A stretch of DNA of 64,000 nt, taken from positions 328 through 64,327 of the forward strand of contig CAYWJH010000007.1 in the NCBI GenBank assembly GCA_964458555.1, given 5' to 3'. The translations under genes and the position numbers were made by a program. Below the pieces are notes generated by a model. The model saw only the letters and a list, made by a program, of their open reading frames with translations, had not been told where the DNA came from and searched no databases. Positions within the stretch are counted from its first letter, which is position 1; each line of letters starts with the position of its first letter. Shown one piece after another: positions 1-9,007 of this stretch. This stretch comes from an uncultured Spirochaetaceae bacterium. Its GTDB lineage: Bacteria > Spirochaetota > Spirochaetia > DSM-27196 > SLST01.

Positions 1-39
1 GCGATTGCACTACGCACTGCACGGGACTGCGAGGCACCC

Positions 40-1170
40 ATGACCGAACGAGAATGCTACCGGCGGATCGCCCTCTTTGAAAAAGCGGATTACATCCCGA
101 ACTACGACTCGCTTCCGAAGGAACGACTGCTCCGCGAGTGGTACGACCAGGGGCTCCCACGCGACGTGGACCTTCACGATTACTTCGGGCTCCTCCCGAA
201 GCCGCACCTCTACCGCAAGATCGACTTCGACCCGCAGCCCGGTGTTCCCGATCCGGAGGAACGCATCGCCCGCGTCACCGCGCGAACGCCTGCGCCTGAA
301 GGCACGGTGCCGCGCTGCAACACGTGGGGCCGAGTCGCTGCCTGGCCGGAGGTGCACGACATCGACCGGTGGGCGGAGGGCGCGTACCACGTCCTCGAGG
401 GCGCGCTCGAGGATCCATCGGACTGGGAGATCATTCGCGATCACTTTCGGCCGGACGTGGAGAAGCGCCTGGGGCTCGGGCGCGGAGGTACGAGCTGGGC
501 CGCCGACGTGGAGGAGTGGCGGGACCACGAGAGCGTCCTCGTGCTCGAGGCGCCGAGTATGGTCGGCGAGCCACGGATGCAGCTTGGCTTCGAGAACTAC
601 TGTATCAAGCTCTACGACGCGCGGGATATGATTCACAAGATGCTCGACCGCCAGACCGAGATGGCGATCCCGCTGCTCGAGGCGGCGTGCGAGGAGATCG
701 AGTTCGACATGCTCTGGTTCTGGGAGGACATGGCGTATCGCAACGGACCGATCATGTCGCCCGAGCTCTTCGAGGAGATCGCCGTGCCGCGCTACCGCCG
801 GCTCGCCGACTGGTGGCGTGATCGTGGCGGGGAGATCGTGGCCGTCGATTCGGACGGCGACGTGAACAAGCTCATACCAGGATGGCTCAAAGGAGGCATC
901 AACCACATCTGGCCGCTCGAGCCATTCGCCGGCTGCGACGTCGTGGCGATGCGCAAGCAGTACGGACAGGCGTTCAGCATGCGCGGCGGGGTCGACAAAT
1001 TCTGCGTCGGCAAGGGTCGCGCGGAGATCGACCGCGAGCTTGACAGGATCTTCCCCGTGGTCCAGGACGGCGGCTTCATTCCCCACCTCGACCACATGCT
1101 CCCGCGCTGCACGTTCGAAGACTACTGCTACTACATGGAGCGGAAGAAGGAGATGCTTGCGAGCGTGTAG
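40..1170 (+). CDS. Uroporphyrinogen decarboxylase / MtaA-CmuA family protein
   Basis: C-terminal half has the family pattern WEDMAYRNGPIMSPELF...DSDGDV...GGVDK...GGFIPHLDH; strong G/C third-position codon bias. Confidence 0.85.
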   Translation: MTERECYRRIALFEKADYIPNYDSLPKERLLREWYDQGLPRDVDLHDYFGLLPKPHLYRKIDFDPQPGVPDPEERIARVTARTPAPEGTVPRCNTWGRVAAWPEVHDIDRWAEGAYHVLEGALEDPSDWEIIRDHFRPDVEKRLGLGRGGTSWAADVEEWRDHESVLVLEAPSMVGEPRMQLGFENYCIKLYDARDMIHKMLDRQTEMAIPLLEAACEEIEFDMLWFWEDMAYRNGPIMSPELFEEIAVPRYRRLADWWRDRGGEIVAVDSDGDVNKLIPGWLKGGINHIWPLEPFAGCDVVAMRKQYGQAFSMRGGVDKFCVGKGRAEIDRELDRIFPVVQDGGFIPHLDHMLPRCTFEDYCYYMERKKEMLASV

Positions 1171-1172
1171 GG

Positions 1173-1205
1173 CACGCGGAGCGATGGTCGGCGCTGCCGG
1201 GGATC
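1173..1205. repeat. 33-bp direct repeat, copy 1 (intergenic)
   Basis: cacgcggagcgatggtcggcgctgccggggatc matches 3177-3209 with one mismatch. Confidence 0.9.
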
Positions 1206-1245
1206 CGTCTTGCCACCAAGCGGACGTACCGGCTACGATTCCCCC

Positions 1246-2619
1246 ATGAACATCTCCGGAGTCCAGCCCGATCTCGCCGTCCTCGCAGACCACGAGCCGC
1301 GCCGCAGCGAGACCGGCATCGGCGCGCTCATGCCGTGGGCAAACCGCCTGTGGATGGTCACCTACGTCGCGCACACGAAGACGACCGGCGCCGGCACGGG
1401 GCTCTTCTGGCTCGACGTCGACGACGAAGGCCGTATCACCCGTACGAAGCACCCGGAGAGCCGGGTGGGCACGTACGCGAACCGGATCATCCACCGCGAA
1501 TCGAACCAGCTCTTCATCGGGCCGCACGCGATCGACATCCGCGGCAACGTCCGAACGATCGACGAGCTCGTCGACACGCGGCTCGCGGCGACCGCGCGAC
1601 ACCTCTCCGATCCGGAGCACAAGGTCTACGTCCTGGGAATGGAGGGCGAGCTCTTCGAGGTCGACGTCGAATCGCTCGAGGTCACGAAGCTCTTCAACCT
1701 GCTGTCCGACCTGGACATCAGCGACAAGCCGCACTTCAAGGACGCATACACCGACCACGACCGGCTCGTCGTCGTGAACAACAGCTACTACCCGGCCGAC
1801 TGGGAACGCGGCGAGAGCGACGGCCGCCTCGCCGAGTGGGACGGAAGCACCTGGCGCACGGTCGAGCGCACGCAGTACAACACCGTCACCGGCCGGTGCG
1901 AGGGCGACCTGGGGCGCGCGATCTACGCCGTCGGTCAGGACCGCGCGTCGGCGCTGCTCTCGGTCTATCTGCCGGCGACCGGCTGGCGTCGCTATCGGCT
2001 CCCGAAGGCAACGCACACGCAGGACCACGCATGGACGACCGAGTGGCCGCGCATCCGCGAGATCGAATCCGAACGCTGGCTCGTAGATGCGAGCGGGATG
2101 TTCTACGAGATGCCGGCGATGACCTACGGGAACGCGCTGCGCGGCCTCGTGCCGGTCTCGCGGCATCTGCGGATCATCGGCGACTACTGCACGTGGCGCG
2201 GCATGCTCGTCATGGCGGGCGACCAGACCACGCCCATCCACGACTCGAACCCCTTCGTGGGCCAGCCGCAGGCGAATCTCTGGTTCGGGAAGTCCGACGA
2301 CCTGTGGAGCTTCGGCACGCCGGCCGGCTGGGGCGGACCGTGGTGGGATGCCGATGTGACCGCCGGCGAGCCCTCCGACCCCTTCCTGTTCAACGGCTTC
2401 CGCGACAAGGGGCTGCACCTCTCGCACGAGGGCGACCAGCCGCTGTCGGTCCGCATCGAGCTCGACGTCACGGGCACCGGACGCTTCCACCGCTACGACA
2501 CGCTCACGACGAGCGACGGGTACGCCGCGACGACCTTCCCGGCCGGCCTCGCCGCGCACTGGGTGCGGCTCGTCTCCAAGCGCGACGCGAAGGTGACGGC
2601 GCAGTTCTTCTATGGGTAG
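1246..2619 (+). CDS. Conserved hypothetical protein, likely beta-rich
   Basis: Long ORF with strong coding bias; ATG at 1246 lies 6 nt after TACGAT (1234-1239), with TTGCCA at 1210-1215. No catalytic family recognised. Confidence 0.75.
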   Translation: MNISGVQPDLAVLADHEPRRSETGIGALMPWANRLWMVTYVAHTKTTGAGTGLFWLDVDDEGRITRTKHPESRVGTYANRIIHRESNQLFIGPHAIDIRGNVRTIDELVDTRLAATARHLSDPEHKVYVLGMEGELFEVDVESLEVTKLFNLLSDLDISDKPHFKDAYTDHDRLVVVNNSYYPADWERGESDGRLAEWDGSTWRTVERTQYNTVTGRCEGDLGRAIYAVGQDRASALLSVYLPATGWRRYRLPKATHTQDHAWTTEWPRIREIESERWLVDASGMFYEMPAMTYGNALRGLVPVSRHLRIIGDYCTWRGMLVMAGDQTTPIHDSNPFVGQPQANLWFGKSDDLWSFGTPAGWGGPWWDADVTAGEPSDPFLFNGFRDKGLHLSHEGDQPLSVRIELDVTGTGRFHRYDTLTTSDGYAATTFPAGLAAHWVRLVSKRDAKVTAQFFYG

Positions 2620-2658
2620 ACCGAGGGGTGCTTTGCGCCGCGAAGCCCGGCCGTTCTC

Positions 2659-3111
2659 TCAGAAACCGCGTCGCCCCGCGCTGCCGCGTGTACGTCTGCC
2701 TCGCAACGATACACCGAGCAACGCAAACCCGCCAGCCCCCTCGGCGAGGATGACGGCGCGCTCGAACCATGATCCGTACCCGCCCACGACGACCTGTGGG
2801 ATCGTGTGCAGCGCGGCGAGGACGAGGAGCTCGATTCCCACGACACGCGCGGCGCGCGTGAGCAGTCGCCCCTTCAGATACCCGGTGCGGTAGTAGTGCT
2901 CGAGGAAGACGATGACGACGATGAGCGCGATCGCCGCGAAGAACAGGAAGAAACGGTCGACCGCGGTCCTCACGAGCTCGTCCGCGCCGGCGACCACCAT
3001 GACGATCCCGGCAGTCTGCCGCGAGACGAGGTAGAGCGCGATGCCTATCGCAACCGAGAGTACCCACAGCCCGTAGGCTGCAATCCAGCCGGCGATCTCA
3101 CGTCTGTGCAT
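2659..3111 (-). CDS. Small integral membrane protein (about 4 TM)
   Basis: Four hydrophobic stretches; start overlaps the end of the upstream ABC ATPase gene, so probably co-transcribed. Confidence 0.75.
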   Translation of the reverse strand: MHRREIAGWIAAYGLWVLSVAIGIALYLVSRQTAGIVMVVAGADELVRTAVDRFFLFFAAIALIVVIVFLEHYYRTGYLKGRLLTRAARVVGIELLVLAALHTIPQVVVGGYGSWFERAVILAEGAGGFALLGVSLRGRRTRGSAGRRGF

Positions 3112-4153
3112 CGGCAGTGTCGTTGCGCTTCCGCAAGTCGTAGTAGTTCTTCAGCTTGAGCTCTTCCTTGAAGTGACACGCAGAGCGATGGTCGGCGCTG
3201 CCGGGGATCTGCGTGAGAGGCGGCTCTTCGGAGAAGCAGATGTCCTTCGCGTACGGGCAGCGCGTGTTGAAGTTGCAGCCCTCCGGTGGATTCGCCGGGT
3301 CGGGCACGGTCCCCTGGAGCGGACGACGGATCTTGCGCCGGCGCGGGTCGCCCTCCGGAATCGAGCCGAGGAGCGCCTCCGTATACGGGTGGTGCGGATT
3401 CTCGTAGATTTCCTGCGCGGTGGCGATCTCCACGATCTTGCCGAGGTACATGACGATCACGCGATCGGAGATGTGCTCGATCACGTTGAGGTTGTGCGCG
3501 ACGAACAGCAGCGACAACCCAAACTCCTCCTGGAGCTCGGCGAGGAGGTTCAAGACCTGCGCCTGGACCGAGACGTCGAGCGCGCTCACCGGCTCGTCGC
3601 AGACGATGAACTTGGGCTGCAGAGCGAGCGATCGTGCGATGCCGATGCGCTGTCGCTGCCCGCCGGAGAACTCGTGCGGATAGCGGTTGAGGTGATATCT
3701 CGACAATCCGACGCGACCGAGGAGGTACTCGACCCGCTCGGTGTTCTCCCTCCGGTTGCCCATGCCCTGGATCTTCAGCGGCTCGGCGATGATGTCGCGG
3801 ACGCTCATCCGCGGGTCGAGCGAGGAGAACGGATCCTGGAAGATGATTTGCATCTCCTTGCGGAGCTCCTTGAGGTCCGAGCCGTCGGTCTCCATGAGGT
3901 CGATTCTGTTGCCGTTCTGATGGTAGTGAATACTGCCGGAGGTCGGCTCGATGAGCCGGATGACGCACCGTCCGGTCGTCGTCTTGCCGCACCCGCTCTC
4001 GCCGACGAGGCCGACCTTTTCGCCCTCGTAGACTTCGAAGCTCACGTCGTCCACCGCGCGGACATAGCCGCTGATGCCCTTGAAGATCCCCTTGCGGATG
4101 GGGAAATGCTTCTTGAGGTTCTCCACTTCGAGGAGCACGTTCCGATCACTCAT
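3098..4153 (-). CDS. Oligopeptide/dipeptide-type ABC transporter ATP-binding protein (OppF/DppF-like)
   Basis: Walker A GESGCGKTT, signature FSGGQRQR, DEPVSALD, C-terminal Cys-containing oligo_HPY region; start re-called at MSDRNVLLEV. Confidence 0.95.
   Translation of the reverse strand: MSDRNVLLEVENLKKHFPIRKGIFKGISGYVRAVDDVSFEVYEGEKVGLVGESGCGKTTTGRCVIRLIEPTSGSIHYHQNGNRIDLMETDGSDLKELRKEMQIIFQDPFSSLDPRMSVRDIIAEPLKIQGMGNRRENTERVEYLLGRVGLSRYHLNRYPHEFSGGQRQRIGIARSLALQPKFIVCDEPVSALDVSVQAQVLNLLAELQEEFGLSLLFVAHNLNVIEHISDRVIVMYLGKIVEIATAQEIYENPHHPYTEALLGSIPEGDPRRRKIRRPLQGTVPDPANPPEGCNFNTRCPYAKDICFSEEPPLTQIPGSADHRSACHFKEELKLKNYYDLRKRNDTADAQT
3177..3209. repeat. 33-bp direct repeat, copy 2 (inside ABC ATPase 3' end)
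   Basis: cacgcagagcgatggtcggcgctgccggggatc, encoding part of IPGSADHRSAC on the minus strand. Confidence 0.9.
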
Positions 4154-5204
4154 CGGTCGCCTCCTCCGCGGCCGCGTCTGCACCGGCCGACGCGCCCACG
4201 GGAGCCGCAGCATCGGCCTCCTCCCCGTGGAGCCAGCACTTCGCGTAGTGGCCGTCTTCGACCTCAAACTGCGGCGGCGCCTTCTTCCGGCATATATCCA
4301 TCGCAAACGGGCAGCGCGGGGCGAAATAGCAGCCCTCCGGCAGGTTGAGGAGGTTCGGTACGGTGCCCCGGATGGGCTCGAGCTTCTCGTGCTCTCCGAT
4401 CCGGGGGATCGATTTCAGCAGCGCCTGCGTGTACGGGTGGGCCGGGTTGTAGAAGAGCTGCTCGGTCGTCGCGGTCTCCACGACGTTGCCGGTGTACATG
4501 ACCATGACCCGCTCGGCTATCTCGCCGATGACGTCGAGGTCGTGGGTGATGAACATCACCGACATCCCGAACTGCTCCTGCAGATCCTCGATGATCTCGA
4601 GTATCTGCGCTTCGATCGTGACGTCGAGCGCCGTCGTGGGCTCGTCCGCGATCAGGAGCGTGGGATCGCACGAGAGCGCCATGGCGATCATGATCCGCTG
4701 GCGCATGCCACCGGAGAGCTGGTGGGGATACGCGTCGACCGTCTCGGCGGGCCGTCCGATGTTCACCCGGGAAAGCATCTCGATCGCGCGTTCGCGCGCC
4801 TGCTTCTCGTCGGCCAGCTGATGGAGGCGCACCGCCTCCATGATCTGCTCGCCGACCGAGTAGACCGGGTTGAGCGAGGTCATGGGCTCCTGGAAGATCA
4901 TCGCGAGCTCGTTCCCGCGGATCGAACGCATCTTTGGACCCTTCGGGTCGAACGTGGTGAGGTCGACCGGATCGTCCCCGCCGTGGTAGCGAATCGCCCC
5001 GCCTTCGATCCTGCCCCGTGGTTTGGGCACGAGCTGCATGATCGAAAGCGCGGTGATGCTCTTCCCGCACCCGCTCTCACCCACGACGCCGAGCGTCTCG
5101 CCCTTGTCTATGTGAAAACTGACATCGTCGACCGCGCGCACGATGCCCTCGTGGGTATGGAAGTAGGTCTTCAGTCCCTCGACCTCGAGTAGTCGTTCAC
5201 CCAT
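4146..5204 (-). CDS. Oligopeptide/dipeptide-type ABC transporter ATP-binding protein (OppD/DppD-like)
   Basis: GESGCGKS, IFQEPMTSLNP, LSGGMRQR, DEPTTALD, HPYT. Confidence 0.95.
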   Translation of the reverse strand: MGERLLEVEGLKTYFHTHEGIVRAVDDVSFHIDKGETLGVVGESGCGKSITALSIMQLVPKPRGRIEGGAIRYHGGDDPVDLTTFDPKGPKMRSIRGNELAMIFQEPMTSLNPVYSVGEQIMEAVRLHQLADEKQARERAIEMLSRVNIGRPAETVDAYPHQLSGGMRQRIMIAMALSCDPTLLIADEPTTALDVTIEAQILEIIEDLQEQFGMSVMFITHDLDVIGEIAERVMVMYTGNVVETATTEQLFYNPAHPYTQALLKSIPRIGEHEKLEPIRGTVPNLLNLPEGCYFAPRCPFAMDICRKKAPPQFEVEDGHYAKCWLHGEEADAAAPVGASAGADAAAEEATDE

Positions 5205-5231
5205 CTACGCGTGCTCCTGCCTGAGAAAATG

Positions 5232-5259
5232 GGCGAGCCCGGCAGATGCCGGGCTCGCC
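5232..5259 (-). terminator. Stem-loop after the solute-binding protein gene (partial terminator or mRNA stabiliser)
   Basis: 12-bp perfect stem ggcgagcccggc-agat-gccgggctcgcc followed on the minus strand by a short U run. Confidence 0.6.
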
Positions 5260-5275
5260 AGAGATGGCTTAGAAA

Positions 5276-7231
5276 CTACTCGCCGCGCTTCGTAGCGGAC
5301 GTCCAGTAGTACTGCTCCATCCAGTTGTTACGAGTACCACCGGTAGAGATGTTGTCCGGGTACGAGTCTTTGCGGACATTGCCCAGCTCGGTGCTGGCAG
5401 CGATGGGCTTGCCCATCATGCCGACCGTTCCGATCATCCACAGGTTCTCCGCGTACGCGTCGCCGACGACCTTGACCGCCGCAGCCTGCTCCTCGGGCGG
5501 GACGTACTGGATGTCCAGGAGCGCCTGGTAGAGGTCCTTGATGACCTGAGGCGGCTCGATGCCCTCGTCGCCGTCCGATGCCAGCCAGGTCTTCCAGTCG
5601 GGACCGATGGGGCCGAACCAGAAGTTCGGATTCAGCCACGAACCGTTCGACTCGATGAACGCCGGCCCGAACACGCGGTCGAGCGGCCACGCGAAGACCG
5701 CGTAGGTTCCGTTGCTCCTAATGGGCCCGAAGGCGCTTCCGGAGACCGAGCGGATATTGACGTCCACGCCAATATCTTCCCAGTAGCCTTCGACGAGCTC
5801 GGTCGTCTGGTTCCAGGAAGCGGCGGGGTTCACCGGGATATTCAGCGTGAACTGTCGTCCCTCGGGATCGAGGCGCATGCCGTTCGAGCCGCGCTCGGTG
5901 AGTCCCATCGAGTCGAGAAGCGCGTTCGCGCGCTCGGGATTGAACTCCGCGTAAGCTTCGGCCCAACGCTCCTCGTAGCCGATCGTCTTCGGGTGCACGG
6001 TCGCCTGGCGCGGCGTACCCTGGCCGAGCGCGGCGAGCTCGTTGATCTCGTCGCGGTCGATCGCGAGCGAGAGCGCCTGCCGGAAGCGAAGGTCCTGCAG
6101 CAGCGGCGCGATGACCTCGGCGTTGTCGCCATTGTAGGTCTGGTTGATCGACAGTCCGGGGGCGGCTCCCCACAGATCGGGCGCGACCCACGTCTCGTAG
6201 CCGCCGGCGGCCTCGTTCTGCTTCATCACCGGGAAGTTCTCGATAGAGGTACCCCAGGCCACGAAGTCGAGCTCGCCGTTGAGGATCTTGAGCAGGCGGA
6301 CCTCAGCGTCCTCGATCTTCACGTGGATGTGCGTGTCTATGTAGGGAAGCTGATTGCCGGCGGTGTCGACCTTGTAGTAGTACGGGTTGCGCTCGTAGAT
6401 GTACGCGGTGGGAGTCTCTTCCTTGAAGACCCACGGGCCGAGCCCGGGTCGACCGAGCTTCTCGCCGGTGAAGTTATTGTCCGCATCTTCGAGATCGGCG
6501 ACCTGGCTAAAGTACTGCCACCACTCTTCGAAGTCGGCTTCCTGCGCGACCGCGTCCGCGTCGTCGTTGTAGTCGATGTGGAACCGTCCGAGCCAGTGGC
6601 TAGGCGCGGGGCCGAAGAAGAAGCGGTTTCCAACGAGGTTCATCTTGTGGATGACCGCGTAGAAGGGACGGGCGAACTGGAGCTGCACCGTGTAGTCGTC
6701 GACCTTCACCATCTCGACGAGCTCGTCGCCCACCTTCGCCCAGTTCGGCGCAACGGGGTTCAGCTCCTCGTTCAGGTCGATGTCGTAGTATTGGAAGAGG
6801 TAGTCGTCCGCGGTCACCGGCTCGCCGTCCGACCACTTGAGCCCACGGCGGATGTTCATCGTGAAGACCGTGCCGTCGTCGTTGAACTCGAAGCTCTCGA
6901 GGTAATTGGGAATCGTACCTGTCGCCTCGCGGGTCAGCAACAGATTCGCCTCGCCGTTCGGGCCGTTTCCGCGCACGATCTGCCCACCGTACTGTCCGAT
7001 CGAGTCGTTCGGCTCGACGACCATGGGGGTGTCCGGCAGTCGCTCGTCGACCGGAGGAAGCTCGCCGGCTTCGACCATCGCGGCGAGCACGGGCGCCTCG
7101 TTGAACTCCGACGGCACCTCCGCGGTCACGCCGGGAGCGTCGTCGGCTGCTTCCTCCTGCCCGCCGCTCGCAAACGCGAGGAACGGCGTCAAGAGGAGGA
7201 CCAGGATAAAGAGCGCTAACTTGTCTTTCAT
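5276..7231 (-). CDS. ABC transporter solute-binding protein, family 5
   Basis: Signal peptide MKDKLALFILVLLL...FASGGQEE; EAPVLAAMVEAGELPPVDERLP motif; KWSDGEPVTADD; FRQALSLAIDR; GGAGG SD at 7236-7240. The track's 1217-aa ORF over-extends upstream. Confidence 0.92.
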   Translation of the reverse strand: MKDKLALFILVLLLTPFLAFASGGQEEAADDAPGVTAEVPSEFNEAPVLAAMVEAGELPPVDERLPDTPMVVEPNDSIGQYGGQIVRGNGPNGEANLLLTREATGTIPNYLESFEFNDDGTVFTMNIRRGLKWSDGEPVTADDYLFQYYDIDLNEELNPVAPNWAKVGDELVEMVKVDDYTVQLQFARPFYAVIHKMNLVGNRFFFGPAPSHWLGRFHIDYNDDADAVAQEADFEEWWQYFSQVADLEDADNNFTGEKLGRPGLGPWVFKEETPTAYIYERNPYYYKVDTAGNQLPYIDTHIHVKIEDAEVRLLKILNGELDFVAWGTSIENFPVMKQNEAAGGYETWVAPDLWGAAPGLSINQTYNGDNAEVIAPLLQDLRFRQALSLAIDRDEINELAALGQGTPRQATVHPKTIGYEERWAEAYAEFNPERANALLDSMGLTERGSNGMRLDPEGRQFTLNIPVNPAASWNQTTELVEGYWEDIGVDVNIRSVSGSAFGPIRSNGTYAVFAWPLDRVFGPAFIESNGSWLNPNFWFGPIGPDWKTWLASDGDEGIEPPQVIKDLYQALLDIQYVPPEEQAAAVKVVGDAYAENLWMIGTVGMMGKPIAASTELGNVRKDSYPDNISTGGTRNNWMEQYYWTSATKRGE

Positions 7232-7444
7232 AAGACCTCCATTTTTGCGGCGCGCGCCCACCTTCGGGGTCGCAGCGGCACGCCGGTTTGAATTCAGGCT
7301 ACACCCGTATGCCGTACGCGTCAAGGACGATTGCCGCGAACGTGCCTTGTTTTTGCGGTACCGTTCCGGTAGGCGCCCGCAATCGGATGAAGGTTTTGCT
7401 TGCATAATCCGCGCCGATGATTCACAATCGATCGCAAGAGAGGT

Positions 7445-8002
7445 ATGAGAGAGTCCACCTACCGTGAGCGCACGACCGACGAGCTTCGCGACGCGTACGA
7501 CCGCGCCAACGGCCTCATCCTGGAGAAGTCGCTCGGCGAGGCCGAGGAGATTCTCAAGGGCATCGTCGAGAGCGAGCCGGGCTTCGCGCCGGCGTACAAC
7601 AAGCGGGGCGTGATCGAGGTCAGCCGCGGTGAGCGCGACGAGGCGCTCGAGTGGTTTCTCGCCGCCGTGGAGGCAGACGACAACTACGCCCCGGCGCTCA
7701 CGAACCTGGGCAACATGGCGCTCGAGCGCGGCGACGAGCACCAGGCGAAGGCGTACTACAACCGGGCGGTGGACGCGGACCGGGAGTACGGGCCGGCGCA
7801 CAACAGCCTGGGGATTCTCCTGCGTCGGGAGGGAAACCTCTCCGAATCCGTCCGCCACCTGCGGATGGCGAGGCGACAGGGCGGCTACCGCGTCACGTAC
7901 GAGAGTATCTCCAGCCCCGGCGGACGACGAGGCTGCCTCTTGCTGATCGGCTTTGTCGTCGCGATGCTGGTAGGAGCGATCCTTCTGTTCCTGCGCTACT
8001 AG
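7445..8002 (+). CDS. TPR-repeat protein with C-terminal transmembrane anchor
   Basis: About 3-4 TPR units (APAYNKRG, APALTNLG, GPAHNSLG) and a hydrophobic C-terminal tail. Confidence 0.8.
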   Translation: MRESTYRERTTDELRDAYDRANGLILEKSLGEAEEILKGIVESEPGFAPAYNKRGVIEVSRGERDEALEWFLAAVEADDNYAPALTNLGNMALERGDEHQAKAYYNRAVDADREYGPAHNSLGILLRREGNLSESVRHLRMARRQGGYRVTYESISSPGGRRGCLLLIGFVVAMLVGAILLFLRY

Positions 8003-8023
8003 GGAGAATTTGGAGAGAACGAT

Positions 8024-9007
8024 ATGAGAACCTTTATTCTTCGCCGGATCATCATTCTCATCCCGCTGTTCCTCGTGATCTCGATGTTCATCTTCATGAT
8101 CATCCAGCTCCCGCCGGGCAGCTACATAGACAACTACATCATGGAGTTGCGGCTCCAGGGGCAGGACGTCGGGCAGGCCGAGATCGAGGCGCTGACGCGG
8201 ATGTACGGGCTCGACCAGCCCATCCACGTTCAGTACGTGCGCTGGTTCAGCGGCTTCATGACCGGTGACCTCGGATACTCGCTCGCGCTGAAGCAGCCGG
8301 TGGGCGAGATCATCATGTCGCGACTCGGCTACACGATCCTCATATCCGTGCTCGTCATCGTGTTCCAGTGGGTCGTGTCGATCCCGATCGGCCTCTACTC
8401 CGCGGTGCACAAGTACACCGTGGGCGACTACATCGTCACCTTCCTGGGGTTCATCGGCCTGTCCATCCCCAACTTCATGCTCGCGCTCATCATCATGTAC
8501 ATAGGCTACCGCTACTTCGGCGCGAATCTGACCGGGCTGTTTTCCATCGAGTTCATCAACCAGCCGTGGAGCTTCGCCAAGTTCATGGACATGCTGTCGA
8601 ACATCTGGGTAGCGGTGATCGTCGTCGGGACCGCGGGCACGGCCGGTTTCATCCGCGTCCTGCGCAGCCAGATGCTCGACGAGCTCGGTAAGGCGTACGT
8701 ACAGACCGCGCGCGCGAAGGGTCTGCACGAGCGCGTGGTGATCGTGAAGCACACGCTTCGCGTCGCGATCAACCCGGTCATCAGCACCGTCGGATGGATC
8801 CTGCCGCGCATCTTCAGCGGTTCGGCGATCGTCGCGATCGTGCTCGGGCTTCCCACGCTCGGGCCGGCGCTTCTGAACTCGATCCTCGCGCAGGATATGT
8901 ACCTCGCCGGGGATATCATTCTCATCCAAACCATTCTCGTCCTGATAGGGACGCTCATCTCCGACATCGCGCTTGCCGCAGTCGACCCGAGGATCCGCTA
9001 TGAGTGA
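8024..9007 (+). CDS. ABC transporter permease (OppB/DppB-like)
   Basis: FILRR N-terminus, GLDQP..VQY, GDLGYS, YVQTARAKGL EAA loop, DPRIRY end. Confidence 0.95.
   Translation: MRTFILRRIIILIPLFLVISMFIFMIIQLPPGSYIDNYIMELRLQGQDVGQAEIEALTRMYGLDQPIHVQYVRWFSGFMTGDLGYSLALKQPVGEIIMSRLGYTILISVLVIVFQWVVSIPIGLYSAVHKYTVGDYIVTFLGFIGLSIPNFMLALIIMYIGYRYFGANLTGLFSIEFINQPWSFAKFMDMLSNIWVAVIVVGTAGTAGFIRVLRSQMLDELGKAYVQTARAKGLHERVVIVKHTLRVAINPVISTVGWILPRIFSGSAIVAIVLGLPTLGPALLNSILAQDMYLAGDIILIQTILVLIGTLISDIALAAVDPRIRYE

Noticed and set aside
10-2559. 849-aa minus-strand ORF, and similar long ORFs at 11067-14999 (+), 31449-33968 (-) and 39076-40800 (+)
   Set aside because: Antisense shadows of real genes; high GC suppresses stop codons, and the translations are Arg/Ala/Val-rich with no family motifs.
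7331-7347. Possible sigma54 -24/-12 site (AGGCACG-TTCG-CGGCA, minus strand) upstream of the SBP
   Set aside because: GG-N10-GC spacing fits but the conserved TT before GC is missing; likely by chance in GC-rich DNA.
7232-8929. N-terminal extension making the SBP ORF 1217 aa
   Set aside because: Overlaps the TPR and permease genes on the opposite strand; the real start has an SD and signal peptide at 7231.
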